The notes below the pieces were generated by a model that searched no databases, was not told where the DNA came from, and saw only the letters and a program-made list of their open reading frames with translations. Positions 36,910 through 47,855 of a stretch of DNA of 64,000 nucleotides are shown here, piece after piece. The stretch is from a virus (lineage: Duplodnaviria > Heunggongvirae > Uroviricota > Caudoviricetes): the IMG/VR virus record IMGVR_UViG_2531839524_000004; one strand, given 5' to 3'. Every line of letters starts with the position of its first letter. Position 1 is the first letter of the stretch. Made by a program: the position numbers and the translations under genes.

Positions 36910-39900
36910 TTGAACATGGAACAGTTCAAGAAGAAAAAGCTACCGCTGTTTATTGCCGGTGCGGGTGGTAAAAAAAGCAGCAAAAGCTCCAGTCGTACAC
37001 CGGTTGAAGCCGACGATACCGTAAATTCTCGTGCAATGGCCGCTATCCTCGATCTTCTTGGGGAAGGGGTAATTGGCGGCTTAGTAAATGGCGCAAGATC
37101 TATTTTTATCGACGATCTGCCGATTGTAAATGAAGACGGTTCCTCCAACTTCAGCGGAATCACATGGGATTTTCGCGACGGTTCACAAGACCAGACTCCA
37201 ATGTCTGGCTTTGATTTCGTTGAAACGCCTAAATCCGTCAATATCCAGTTAAAAAAAACACATTATGTAACGGTTTCAATCGATAACGATGAAGCTGATC
37301 GGGTTCGTGTCATCATGAAGTTTCCTTCTTTGCGAAGCATAGATAAAAAAACTGGTGACACGAACGGTACGACTGTTGAGTACAAGTTCCAGATAGCAAA
37401 TGGCGACTCAACATTTGTAGATGTGGTCGCGGAAGGGGAAAAAAGCGTTGGCATTAAGCTAACAGCAAAGAAGACCGGCGTTTATTACCGTAGCTATGAG
37501 CTGAAGCTGCCTAAGCCTGGACGCGCATACAAGGTTCGTGTAGTCCGTATTACCGATGATAACAGTAGCCAGTATCTCTATAACGATACATGGGTGGATT
37601 CAATCGGGGAAATTGTCGATACACCGATGAACTATCCAAACTCTGTTTTGGTTGGATTGAAGGTAAACTCTGAGCAATTCGGCAGCACCATGCCATCTCG
37701 CTCTTATCTGGTGCGTGGCCTAAAAATTCGAGTACCTTCAAACTATAACGAGTCCAGTAACACTTACGCTGGGGTATGGGATGGCACTTTTAAGCTGTTG
37801 TCTTCTTCGAACCCCGCGTGGATTCTCTTTGATTTGCTGACCAATGCTCGATATGGCCTTGGTCAGTATGTGTCGGAATCTATGATTGACCTTGGCCAGT
37901 TGTACCAGATTGGTCGATATTGTGACGAAGAGGTCGATGATGGCTTTGGTGGCAAAGAGAAACGCTTTGCAATCAATACGCAGATCACCAGTCGACAGGA
38001 CGCATACCGGCTAATTCAGGATATTGCTGGAGCATTCCGCGGCATGGTGTTTTGGGCTGGTGGGATGGTTAACATCATGCAGGATAGCCCATCAGATCCG
38101 GTAATGATGTTTACCAACTCTAACGTCAAAGATGGATTGTTTACCTATAAAGGTTCTGCGCGTAAAGATCGCCCATCCGTTGCGCTCGTAACCTACAACA
38201 ACAAGGAGGACGGTTATAAGCAAAACATCGAGTACGTTGAAGATCAGGACGCAATGCGCCGTTATGGTGAGCGTAAGACAGAAGTCGTAGCATTTGGCTG
38301 TACAAGCCGAGGGCAGGCTCACCGAGTTGGTTTATGGCTTTTATATACCGCCAGAATGGAGTCGGATGTAATTACATTTACTGCCGGCTTAGACGCGTCA
38401 TTTCTGATGCCTGGTGAAACCGTTCTGATTCAGAACAAATATCGCGCAGGCAAACGTAACTCAGGTCGAATTGTGGCGTTTACCAAAAACAGCGTCACAC
38501 TCGATGCGCCTGTGTCGTTAGCCAAAGGCGGCTGCTTTATTCGAATACTGAATCAGGAAGGCAAAATCGTTGAACGCGATGTTCTTGAAACTGGCGAAAA
38601 TATAACAAAAGTTACGTTTTCAAAAGCCCTGTCTTCGGCTGAAACGCCTGTTTTGAACGGCGTCTGGACTATTACAGAACCAGACCTCGAACCTATGCGC
38701 GTTCGCATCGTTAACATCGCGCAGGGGGAAACGCCGGGTAGCTTTGACATCACCGCTGTTGAGAACAATCCGTCTAAATATGAGGCGATCGACAATGGTG
38801 CAACGCTTATCCCGCAAAATACGACGGTATTGGACCCGACTTACTCCAAGCCGTCTAATTTGCAAATCACCGAAGGGACTTATCTCTCAAGCCCTGGCAA
38901 CCTGTCAGTAAAACTGACTGCAACATGGGAAGGGAAATCTCCAGAGTATTGGATCAGTTGGCGACGTTCTGATGAAAACAATGTATCGAACTGGCAATCG
39001 GCGCGTGTAACCGAAGAGCAATACGAAATCGTTAATGTTGCGGAGAATGGACGCTACGACTTCCAGCTGTATGCGGTTTCATTCAACGGTAAAAAAACAG
39101 AGATTATCAGTACCGTTTATCAGGTGCTGGGCACAATGACACCGCCAGATGCCCCAACGTCATTAACGGCCGTTGGAGACTATCGTAATGTGATACTGAA
39201 TTGGGTTAATCCAGATTCGGTAGACCTTGATCACATTAATGTTTACGCGTCCCAGACCAATAATCTGGATACGGCGAAACTGATCGCAGAGTCTGCAAGC
39301 ACCACCTTTACACATGCTGGTCTTGGGGATAGCGAAACGTGGTATTACTGGGTTCGAGCATCGAACAAGCGAGGTATGTTAAGTCCTCCGAACTCAAACT
39401 TGGGTACAGAGGCGACAACTCGCGATGTACTGTCGTTCCTGACTGGCAAAATTACATCTTCCGAGCTTGGTCAGGCTCTGCTTGAGGACATCAACAGCAA
39501 AGCCTCTCAAGAAGCCGTTGACGAGTTAAATGAGCATATCAACCAGAGCGTCGAATCTTTGGAGGGGGCGGTAAACGACGTTAAGGAAGATATAGCTGAA
39601 TTAGATAAGCAGTTCAGCGATAACCTCGCGGATTTTGAAATAAAATTCAACGAGCGTAGCGATGCTTTGGAGAACGCACAAACCGAGCTTAAAGGGGAGG
39701 TTTCGGCAACGATCGACAAGGTCAATGAAGCGTTTGAAAAAATTGATGCTACTGATGCTGCAATTGTTGAAATCGAAAATACAGTATCTGAACACGATAA
39801 AGCTCTCGCTAATACAGTCGAGGCAATAAAGGCTGCAAGAGATGAAGCGGCGGCTCTTATTGCTAAGGAAAGCGAGGCTCGTGTTGAAGGCGATGCTGCA

Positions 39901-41643
39901 AACGCTAAACAACTGGAAGTGTTGCAGTCAACGGTAGAGGAAAGCTCCGCTGCCGTTGAAGAAATGAAAAAGACGGTTGCAGAGGTCGATCGTGCAAGTG
40001 CAGAACTGACTACGAACATTGAGGCGTTAGCCAAAACAAATATTGACCTGGCTCTTCGTCAAGATGAAGACCAGCACAAGCAGATGGTCAATAACGCGAA
40101 GATCGCAACAACACAGAAAACCTTTGCTGATGATATGTCTGCAATGGCTACGAAGGTTGAAGAAATTCGCGTAGAAATTGGCGAAGACATTAAGGCCAGT
40201 ATTCTGGAAGAGTCCACCGCGCGTGCCGATGGCGATGAAGCGTTAGCAAAGCGTGTCACTCAGCTGCAATCTAAGTTTGAAGGAGATATCAGCGCGGCGA
40301 TTAGTACAGAACAGGAGGCTCGTACATCTGCCGATGAAGCTTTGACGAAACAAATAACTCAGCTTGAGTCGAAAGTAAGCAACGATATTGTCGCAGCCAT
40401 TAAGGAAGAGCAAGAAGCCCGAGCAACGGAAGATTCGGCTCTGGCAAGCCAGATCACCCAACTTCAGGCAAAAGTTGATGATGATATTTCTGCTGCAATA
40501 CGCAGTGAGCAGGAGGCTCGTGCGAGCGGAGACTCTGCGTTAGCTAAACAAATAAACCAGCTTCAAGCAAAGGTTGACGGTGATATATCCGCCGCCATCA
40601 CTCAGGAGCAGGAGGCCAGAGCAAGTGCTGACGAGGCGCTCTCACGAGAAATTAACAGCCTGCGGGCGCAGACCGGAACTGACATTGCCGCAGCCGTTGC
40701 TGTAGAGACAAAGGCAAGGACTGACGCTGATAGTGCATTGTCCAGCCAGATTACATCTCTTACAGCAAAAGCTAATGATCTCGAGGCGTCTCTTGCCAAA
40801 GAAACAACGGCTCGTGCAGATGGGGATACCGCTTTAACAAAAGAGGTTTCAAGTTTAAAAGCACAGACTGCGAAAGATATTAGTGCGGCCGTTGCAGTGG
40901 AAACGCAGGCTCGAACTGATGCTGACTCGGCGTTGTCATCTCAGATCACCAAGCTGACCTCTCAATACAAAGAGGATATTAAAGCGGCTGTGGCAACCGA
41001 AACGAAAACGCGTACAGAGCAAGATGCGGCATTGGCGACCCAAATCACAAACTTAGAGTCTCAAACAGCAGCCAACATTTCTGCGGCGGTCACAACTGAA
41101 ACGACAGCGAGAACGCAGGCAGATAATGCTCTAAGTGGGCGAATCGATACTCTGAAAGCAGAGGTGGATGGAAATACCGCGACAATTCAACAGCAGGCAA
41201 CAGCTATTGCTGATACCAACAAAAAAGTGTCAACCGCGTGGACGTTGAAAATGGAGACTTCAACGAGCGGAGGGCAGAAGTATGTTGCCGGTATTGCGCT
41301 TGGTATTGACACCACTGGGCTATCTCAGTTTTTGGTTCAGGCGGACAGGTTTGGTTTGGTCAACTCTGTCAACGGGAAGATCACCACGCCATTTGTTATC
41401 GAAAACAGTATTGCCTATATGAATGGTGCTTATATCAAGGATGGCACAATCACCAATGCAAAGGTAGGCGATCTGCAATCTACCAATTTTGTTAGCGGTA
41501 GATCTGGATGGCGATTCGGTAAAAATGGAACGCTTGAAATAAACGGTAATAGCGGCGGCAATGGGCGATTGGTCATTAATGGTCAGCGGATTGACGTTTA
41601 TGACGATAACAACGTCCTACGAGTAAGAATTGGCCGTCTGTGA
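36910..41643 (+). CDS. tail tip / host specificity protein (lambda J-like) with internal tandem coiled-coil repeats
   Basis: 1577 aa; conserved J-like N-terminal two-thirds by order and size; residues about 1115-1420 hold nine or more tandem about 30-aa repeats (DISAAI..EQEARA..D.AL..QITQLQAKV). Confidence 0.8.
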   Translation: MNMEQFKKKKLPLFIAGAGGKKSSKSSSRTPVEADDTVNSRAMAAILDLLGEGVIGGLVNGARSIFIDDLPIVNEDGSSNFSGITWDFRDGSQDQTPMSGFDFVETPKSVNIQLKKTHYVTVSIDNDEADRVRVIMKFPSLRSIDKKTGDTNGTTVEYKFQIANGDSTFVDVVAEGEKSVGIKLTAKKTGVYYRSYELKLPKPGRAYKVRVVRITDDNSSQYLYNDTWVDSIGEIVDTPMNYPNSVLVGLKVNSEQFGSTMPSRSYLVRGLKIRVPSNYNESSNTYAGVWDGTFKLLSSSNPAWILFDLLTNARYGLGQYVSESMIDLGQLYQIGRYCDEEVDDGFGGKEKRFAINTQITSRQDAYRLIQDIAGAFRGMVFWAGGMVNIMQDSPSDPVMMFTNSNVKDGLFTYKGSARKDRPSVALVTYNNKEDGYKQNIEYVEDQDAMRRYGERKTEVVAFGCTSRGQAHRVGLWLLYTARMESDVITFTAGLDASFLMPGETVLIQNKYRAGKRNSGRIVAFTKNSVTLDAPVSLAKGGCFIRILNQEGKIVERDVLETGENITKVTFSKALSSAETPVLNGVWTITEPDLEPMRVRIVNIAQGETPGSFDITAVENNPSKYEAIDNGATLIPQNTTVLDPTYSKPSNLQITEGTYLSSPGNLSVKLTATWEGKSPEYWISWRRSDENNVSNWQSARVTEEQYEIVNVAENGRYDFQLYAVSFNGKKTEIISTVYQVLGTMTPPDAPTSLTAVGDYRNVILNWVNPDSVDLDHINVYASQTNNLDTAKLIAESASTTFTHAGLGDSETWYYWVRASNKRGMLSPPNSNLGTEATTRDVLSFLTGKITSSELGQALLEDINSKASQEAVDELNEHINQSVESLEGAVNDVKEDIAELDKQFSDNLADFEIKFNERSDALENAQTELKGEVSATIDKVNEAFEKIDATDAAIVEIENTVSEHDKALANTVEAIKAARDEAAALIAKESEARVEGDAANAKQLEVLQSTVEESSAAVEEMKKTVAEVDRASAELTTNIEALAKTNIDLALRQDEDQHKQMVNNAKIATTQKTFADDMSAMATKVEEIRVEIGEDIKASILEESTARADGDEALAKRVTQLQSKFEGDISAAISTEQEARTSADEALTKQITQLESKVSNDIVAAIKEEQEARATEDSALASQITQLQAKVDDDISAAIRSEQEARASGDSALAKQINQLQAKVDGDISAAITQEQEARASADEALSREINSLRAQTGTDIAAAVAVETKARTDADSALSSQITSLTAKANDLEASLAKETTARADGDTALTKEVSSLKAQTAKDISAAVAVETQARTDADSALSSQITKLTSQYKEDIKAAVATETKTRTEQDAALATQITNLESQTAANISAAVTTETTARTQADNALSGRIDTLKAEVDGNTATIQQQATAIADTNKKVSTAWTLKMETSTSGGQKYVAGIALGIDTTGLSQFLVQADRFGLVNSVNGKITTPFVIENSIAYMNGAYIKDGTITNAKVGDLQSTNFVSGRSGWRFGKNGTLEINGNSGGNGRLVINGQRIDVYDDNNVLRVRIGRL

Positions 41644-41736
41644 TGGTGGAAAAAAAATTTTATATCGGTAAGAATAGGTAAGTACTTACTTAATGGCGGG
41701 CAAGGATAGCCCGCCAAATCAAGGAGCATATTCAAC

Positions 41737-44700
41737 ATGTGGTACAGGGAAGGTACTATCACATTTACACAGGGTAGCAATACTCTGGTTGGGGCAGGGA
41801 CAGCCTGGAACGTAACAGCTAATGGGGTGTTGCCTGGGATGATCGTCATTGGCCCCGACAACAAGCTGTATGAGATCAAGCGCGTAACCAGTGATACGAA
41901 CATTGTTCTCTCAGAACCTTATACCGGCGAAACTCAGTCTGAAGTTCCGTGCCGAATCATTACGACCTATGAAGGCGACTTAACACAGTTTAGCGCGCGC
42001 TTTACTGCACTAATGTCGCGTATGTCGGCTGATTCCAAGTCCATGCGCAGTTGGTTGACTGCTCTGGATGAGGTGACAATCGAGCGTGAAGACGGTACAG
42101 AAGTGACCGTTAAGCCGCTAATGCAGATCGTCAACGAGCACAACGAAAACGTTGAGTGGTATAAAAATAACACTGACGCGATTGATGCTGCTGGCGACAA
42201 AGCTCGTGAGGCGGCGGCCAGTGCTGCCGCAGCAGCAGAAAGCGCCAATACCGCTGGAGAAAAAGCCTCTCAAGCGTCTCAAAGTGCATCCGCTGCGGCA
42301 TCCTCACAAAGTGCTGCAAGTGCGAGCGCAACTGCTGCGAAAAAATCTGAAACGAACGCACAAGCCGCAAAAGAAGCGGCAGCAGAATCAGCATCTTTAG
42401 CGTCGGCCAAAGCATCGGAGGCAGCAACATCTGCGTCCAGTGCCTCTGCATCTAAGGATGCAGCCAAAGCATCAGAGACTAACGCTTCATCGAGCGCAAA
42501 CGCGGCAGCATCATCGGCAACAGAAGCTGCAAATTCGTCTAAGGCAGCAAAAACGTCAGAGGCAAACGCAAAAGCATCTGAAACGGCAGCCGAACAGAGT
42601 GCATCGTCTGCAAACAGTTCGAAATCTGCGGCAGAAGCGTCAGCAAGCGCAGCCTCAGCAAGTGCGGATAGTGCTTCATCAAGTGCAACAGCGGCAGGAA
42701 AATCTGCGGATAGCGCATTGTCATCAGCGACAACAGCTACCACAAAAGCGACAGAGGCGACGAGTCAGGCTACAGCTGCTAAAAATTCAGCATCTGCAGC
42801 AAAAACCTCTGAAACAAATGCAAAGACTTCAGAAGACAATGCTGCTTCCTCTAAGGCGGCAGCTGCTGAATCTGCAAGTTCTGCGTCTGCATCAGCCTCC
42901 TCAGCATCCGCTTCAAAAGATGAGGCGACCAAGCAGGCATCAGAAGCGAAGGGCAGTGCTTCAACGGCATCCACGAAAGCAACAGAGGCGGCAGGCAGTG
43001 CGACGGCTGCATCTCAGAGCAAAACTGCTGCTGAATCCGCTGCGACCCGTGCGGAAGCTGCTGCTGATCGTGCTGAAGAGATTGCCGGTGCAGTTGCGAT
43101 GGAAGACGCAAGCCTTACAACTAAAGGTGTTGTGAAACTTAGCAGTGCTGTCGATAGCACCAGTGAATCGCTGGCCGCAACGCCAAAAGCAGTTAAAGCA
43201 GCCAATGACAATGCGAATAGCAGGGTGCCATCTAACCGAAAAATTAACGGAAAAGCACTGACTGCGGATATAACATTAACGCCGAAAGATATTGGTACTT
43301 TAAATTCAGTAACGATGTCTTTCTCTGGCGGGGCTGGGTGGTTCAAACTGGCTACGGTTACCATGCCACAAGCGAGTTCCATCGTTTACATCACATTGAT
43401 TGGTGGTGCTGGATATAATGTTAACTCCCCTATGCAGGCTGGTATATCTGAACTTGTTCTTCGTGCGGGAAATGGAAATCCAAAAGGTCTTACTGGTGCG
43501 TTATGGCGAAGGACATCGGTTGGATTTACTAATTTTGCATGGGTGAATACATCCGGCGATACATATGATATTTATGTTGAGATTGGCAATTATGCGACGA
43601 GTGTAAATGTCCACTGGGATTGTACTGCAAATGCGTCAGTTTCTATTTATACATCGCCAACATATTCAGCGAGTAAGCCTGCCAGCGTTACCGATGGTGT
43701 TGTTTATACGATGTATAGCTCACATCAGAAACCTACGCCATCAGATATTGGAGCACTGCCAACAACCGGAGGAACAGTTTCTGGTCCGTTGTCTGTTACA
43801 GGCGGATTAACTGGTTCATTGAATGGTAATGCAAGTACAGCAACGAAATTACAGACGACAAGAACTATCGGCGGCGGGAGCTTTGATGGTACTGCAAATA
43901 TTAATTTGCCAGGTGTTAATACGACTGGTAATCAGAATACAACAGGTAATGCGGCTACTGCTACGAAGTTGCAGACTGCGCGTACTATTAATGGGGTGTC
44001 GTTTGACGGTTCGGCAAATATTTCCTTGTCACCAGCAAATATAGGTTGCCCGGCATCTCCTACTGGTTGGTTAACTACAGGAAGTAATGGCGGAGCAATA
44101 ACAACAGCCCAGTTAGTGACGTTATTGCAAAATAATGGAGCCTTTAACACAAAGGCATGGATTGCTCGATGTGCGTGGGCCTATGCCAATAGCGCAACCA
44201 TACCAAATAGTGAAACTGGTTGTGGCGTTATTCCATTGGCAGGAGCTGTTATAGAAGTATTTAATAACGGTAGTAGTTCAAATAATTATACGATCCGCAT
44301 AACAACGGCCACAACGACAAGTGTTTCCGGTGCTCTCACTAATGCGGAGTTTATCTATGTATTTAATGGCACAGATTATTCTCCAGGATGGCGAAGAGTA
44401 TATAACACGAAAAACAAACCAACTGCATCTGACGTTGGTGCATTACCTCTTACCGGTGGTACATTATCTGGAGGTTTGACATCTTCTGGTGAGATCGTTT
44501 CAAAATATGCAAATGGTTTCCGCATTGCTTACGGTAGCTTTGGGTTCTTTATCCGTAATGACGGCGGCAGCACATATTTCATGCTAACAGCATCAGGAGA
44601 TACGTTAGGTTCATGGAACGGCTTGCGACCGATTACAATTAATAATACTAGCGGGGTTGTGTCTATTGGTAATGGACTAAATGTTACTGGTGGCGTAAAT

Positions 44701-45645
44701 GGTAGTTTGAACGGTAATGCTTCAACAGCTACGAAGTTGCAAACAGCGAGAAACATCAATGGTGTTAAGTTTGATGGCTCAGGCGATATCAACATTAATA
44801 CATTGGTATCTCGTGGCCGAGTTACGGCGTTAAGCGGCTCTACTCAAGGCACTGCTGGCATTCAAATGTACGAGGCGTACAACAATAGCTATCCGACCAC
44901 GTATGGCAACGTATTGCACATGAAAGGTGCGAGTGCTGCTGGCGAGGGTGAGTTGCTTATTGGCTGGAGTGGTACGAGCGGTGCACATGCGCCGGTTTTC
45001 ATTCGCTCCCGAAGAGATACCACTGATGCAGCATGGTCAGCGTGGGCACAGGTATATACCGCTAAGGATTCAATCCCTGGTGTGAATACAACCGGTAATC
45101 AGAACACTACTGGTAATGCTGCCACCGCCACAAAATTGCAGACAGCAAGGAAAATTGCTGGTGTGGCGTTTGATGGCTCTGCCGATATTACTTTGACTGC
45201 GGCTAACCTTAATGCCTATACGAAAACAGAGGTAACAAACCTTCTAAGTTCCTATGTGAAGAGCAGTTCTCTTCCAAGCATGACTGTGCGAACTTCCTCT
45301 GTTTCAGGTGGGGATATGGGCATGAGTTTGTCCGCATTCATTAGCCACCTTAAATCAAATGGGGCGTTTAGCAAAAGTTATTGGATTGGCTTTGGCGATG
45401 CTATGGGATTCAATGCTGGCAGTATCAACAATATAACGGGATTTGGTGCTGTAGAATTAGCAGAATCCATAATCGAAGTTTTTAATCTACCTAATGGTGA
45501 TTATACAATTCGTTTAACGACGTCACACAAAGCTGACTACGGTGGGATTACAAACGCAATCCTCGTTTATCACTACCGCAGTAATAGAAACCCGGCAGGT
45601 CAATGGCTTAAATTTGCCGGTACTCTTGGGGCTACAAACAACTGA
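41737..45645 (+). CDS. tail fibre protein
   Basis: 1302 aa; about 300-aa Ala/Ser-rich repeat region and four copies of GN(A/S)(A/T)TATKLQT(A/T)R.I.GV.FDGS. Confidence 0.8.
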   Translation: MWYREGTITFTQGSNTLVGAGTAWNVTANGVLPGMIVIGPDNKLYEIKRVTSDTNIVLSEPYTGETQSEVPCRIITTYEGDLTQFSARFTALMSRMSADSKSMRSWLTALDEVTIEREDGTEVTVKPLMQIVNEHNENVEWYKNNTDAIDAAGDKAREAAASAAAAAESANTAGEKASQASQSASAAASSQSAASASATAAKKSETNAQAAKEAAAESASLASAKASEAATSASSASASKDAAKASETNASSSANAAASSATEAANSSKAAKTSEANAKASETAAEQSASSANSSKSAAEASASAASASADSASSSATAAGKSADSALSSATTATTKATEATSQATAAKNSASAAKTSETNAKTSEDNAASSKAAAAESASSASASASSASASKDEATKQASEAKGSASTASTKATEAAGSATAASQSKTAAESAATRAEAAADRAEEIAGAVAMEDASLTTKGVVKLSSAVDSTSESLAATPKAVKAANDNANSRVPSNRKINGKALTADITLTPKDIGTLNSVTMSFSGGAGWFKLATVTMPQASSIVYITLIGGAGYNVNSPMQAGISELVLRAGNGNPKGLTGALWRRTSVGFTNFAWVNTSGDTYDIYVEIGNYATSVNVHWDCTANASVSIYTSPTYSASKPASVTDGVVYTMYSSHQKPTPSDIGALPTTGGTVSGPLSVTGGLTGSLNGNASTATKLQTTRTIGGGSFDGTANINLPGVNTTGNQNTTGNAATATKLQTARTINGVSFDGSANISLSPANIGCPASPTGWLTTGSNGGAITTAQLVTLLQNNGAFNTKAWIARCAWAYANSATIPNSETGCGVIPLAGAVIEVFNNGSSSNNYTIRITTATTTSVSGALTNAEFIYVFNGTDYSPGWRRVYNTKNKPTASDVGALPLTGGTLSGGLTSSGEIVSKYANGFRIAYGSFGFFIRNDGGSTYFMLTASGDTLGSWNGLRPITINNTSGVVSIGNGLNVTGGVNGSLNGNASTATKLQTARNINGVKFDGSGDININTLVSRGRVTALSGSTQGTAGIQMYEAYNNSYPTTYGNVLHMKGASAAGEGELLIGWSGTSGAHAPVFIRSRRDTTDAAWSAWAQVYTAKDSIPGVNTTGNQNTTGNAATATKLQTARKIAGVAFDGSADITLTAANLNAYTKTEVTNLLSSYVKSSSLPSMTVRTSSVSGGDMGMSLSAFISHLKSNGAFSKSYWIGFGDAMGFNAGSINNITGFGAVELAESIIEVFNLPNGDYTIRLTTSHKADYGGITNAILVYHYRSNRNPAGQWLKFAGTLGATNN

Positions 45646-45848
45646 TTTAGGGATTATTTATATGGCTGTGTGGTTTAAAAATGCGATTTCACAGCCGCAA
45701 TCATAGGGATATATTAGTGAGTTACTAGATGCGAATATGAACAACCGTTAAACGGTATATGTATAGGTAGGTAAGTATATACCTACAATTAAAAGGAGAA
45801 GTGTGATATAAATCCGCCATCCCGATTTGACTTTTCACGGAGGAAAAC

Positions 45849-46172
45849 ATGTCGAACGAGATGGCGGGCGTTACAACAGAGCAAGTTGAGCGTATTGCCG
45901 CGATCGTTGCTCGGGAGGTTGTTGGCAAATTAGGCAAAGAGCTACGTGAAGAAATTGGCCAGGAGGTCAATGATCAGCTGAAAACCTACTTTGGTGATAT
46001 GACCCCGGCGCAACATAGTATTCAACACTCCAACCTGGACAAGCTCCTTAACCGGTTAGATTCCATCTCCAGTGGGTTCTTTGGCGGCATTGTTTCTAAA
46101 ATAACGTCGTTCATTATTACTGCACTGCTTTTGGGGTTAGCCGCGTATGGCGTAAAAAATGGACTGCAATAA
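45849..46172 (+). CDS. hypothetical protein with C-terminal transmembrane helix (possible holin)
   Basis: 107 aa; single hydrophobic segment ITSFIITALLLGLAAYGV near the C-terminus; first gene of the apparent lysis cassette. Confidence 0.35.
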   Translation: MSNEMAGVTTEQVERIAAIVAREVVGKLGKELREEIGQEVNDQLKTYFGDMTPAQHSIQHSNLDKLLNRLDSISSGFFGGIVSKITSFIITALLLGLAAYGVKNGLQ

Positions 46173-46185
46173 CAGGAGATCAAGG

Positions 46186-46878
46186 ATGAAGACTCCGAGA
46201 GGCATTCGTAATAATAACCCCGGTAATCTTGATAAAGGATCACCGTGGCAAGGTCTGGTTGCGAATCCAGATGAACCGCGCTTTTGCACGTTTAAAGACC
46301 CTGTTTGGGGGATTCGTGCGTTGGCGGTGACTCTAATTACCTACCACGACAAACGTCGCGCAAAAGACGGCTCAAGTATCGATACCATTCGTGAAGTTAT
46401 TGAACGTTGGGCACCGCCGAATGAAAACAACACTGACGCCTACATTAATGAGGTGTCTAAAGCCGTTGGTGTAACCGCAGACATGATCATCGATCTGCAT
46501 GATTACGACATTCTTCGACCTTTGGTTGAGGCAATCATTCGCCATGAGAATGGGCGAGGTCCGCTAAAAACGCTGAACACCTGGTATGCGGCAGAAGTTA
46601 TTGAGGAAGGTCTGCGTCGAGCTGGCGTCGTTAAGCCGGTGAAAACCGTGAAGGCTGTTCCTGTAACTAAAGAAACAGCAGGCGCAACTGTCACAGCAGG
46701 TATTGGTCTGGCGCAGCTGGCCGATGTTATGCCGCAGGTTTCCGCTGCTATGGATAAAGCACAAGGTCATATCTCTAGCGGGGATACAGTACGCATCATC
46801 TTCGGTATTGCCACTATTGTTGTGGCTGGATTTATCGCCTGGTCGCAGGTAAGAAGACACCAGAAAGGGATGGTCTAA
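46186..46878 (+). CDS. hypothetical lysis-cassette protein, possible cell-wall hydrolase with C-terminal membrane anchor
   Basis: ORF track (46159-46878); start at MKTPRGIRNNNPGNL after RBS AGGAG; enzymatic family not recognised; C-terminal hydrophobic helix. Confidence 0.35.
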   Translation: MKTPRGIRNNNPGNLDKGSPWQGLVANPDEPRFCTFKDPVWGIRALAVTLITYHDKRRAKDGSSIDTIREVIERWAPPNENNTDAYINEVSKAVGVTADMIIDLHDYDILRPLVEAIIRHENGRGPLKTLNTWYAAEVIEEGLRRAGVVKPVKTVKAVPVTKETAGATVTAGIGLAQLADVMPQVSAAMDKAQGHISSGDTVRIIFGIATIVVAGFIAWSQVRRHQKGMV

Positions 46879-46879
46879 T

Positions 46880-47131
46880 ATGCTAGGCAGCCTGATGACA
46901 AAGCTCAAAGTTGCTTTGATTACGCTGGCTGCCGTTCTTTTCGTTCTGGTCGGCGCTTACACGATGGGCGGAAATGCGGCGCGACGAGCAATGGAAGAGA
47001 AGGCAAAACAGGAAGACAGGAAACGACTTCAAAGCACAGTGGACGTCAAAAATGAAACACTTGATGAGTTACGGCGCAAGGATGCTTCTACTGTTCATCA
47101 TGAGTTGCACAATAAGTGGTTGCGTGATTAA
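46880..47131 (+). CDS. i-spanin (Rz-like)
   Basis: 83 aa; N-terminal TM helix then charged coiled-coil region. Confidence 0.6.
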   Translation: MLGSLMTKLKVALITLAAVLFVLVGAYTMGGNAARRAMEEKAKQEDRKRLQSTVDVKNETLDELRRKDASTVHHELHNKWLRD

Positions 47132-47282
47132 GCCTCAATCCTCTGGTGTGCTTTTCTGCGATGCGGCTACACCGCTATACATCAGCCGTGATGATCTCAT
47201 GACCGAAGAGACTGAAAGGGAAGTACTTTTTCACAATATGATAGGGGAGCGATTGTGTGGATGGGGCAGAAAAGTGCCATAA
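47052..47282 (+). CDS. o-spanin (Rz1-like), overlapping the i-spanin gene in another frame
   Basis: MKHLMSYGARMLLLFIMSCTISGC: lipoprotein signal with lipobox; begins inside the Rz-like gene and runs past its stop. Confidence 0.6.
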   Translation: MKHLMSYGARMLLLFIMSCTISGCVIKPQSSGVLFCDAATPLYISRDDLMTEETEREVLFHNMIGERLCGWGRKVP

Positions 47283-47456
47283 TAAAAGCGGAATTTTCTA
47301 ACATAAAATTTGCATATTATTAGAGCACAAGGTAGATTTGAAGCATGGATGTCAAGTAAATCATACCTTGTTTTAATAAATCGACGCATACTCGTAGCCT
47401 CTAAACCGACAAGGTCGCCGCTATGACATAAAGTTATTACCGGCTAAGGTGGAAAC

Positions 47457-47855
47457 ATGCATACTGCACTTAACGCATCTCGTTCTATTCAGACGATAAG
47501 AGACTGTACCAAGATGATCGCATCGGTTCCGTTGCGACATTGGAATGACTCGCTCCAAATTCGTGAAATGAACAAACCGGGTATGCTTAAGGATCAGCGT
47601 TTCATCGTTAACCTTAAAAGTGACGTTGAAGAAGGCAAGTTTACCATCAAATTGTTTGCAGAAATGATGGTGCTCAACAATCGGTTACGTTTTCTTGTTA
47701 AGCCAGAAAAACAGTTTCCCGATGTTGTGCGTTGTGAACAGGATGCTTTCTATGAGATTGAAAGCAAAATAGCTAAATTTATCAAAGATAAATACCGCGT
47801 AGATGTTAAAATAGCGAAACTGGATTCATCTACGGATATGCGGCTTGCTAACTAA
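47457..47855 (+). CDS. hypothetical protein
   Basis: ORF track, 132 aa. Confidence 0.45.
   Translation: MHTALNASRSIQTIRDCTKMIASVPLRHWNDSLQIREMNKPGMLKDQRFIVNLKSDVEEGKFTIKLFAEMMVLNNRLRFLVKPEKQFPDVVRCEQDAFYEIESKIAKFIKDKYRVDVKIAKLDSSTDMRLAN

Noticed and set aside
39507-40034. Antisense ORFs within the J-like gene
   Set aside because: Serine/alanine low-complexity products generated by the coiled-coil repeat region; no independent expression signals.
42279-43382. Multiple ORFs on both strands inside the tail fibre gene (e.g. 42279-42743, 42440-43135, 43014-43382)
   Set aside because: Products are Ala/Arg/Gln/Leu low-complexity translations of the Ala/Ser-rich tail-fibre repeat region read in other frames; artefacts of repetitive GC-rich coding sequence.
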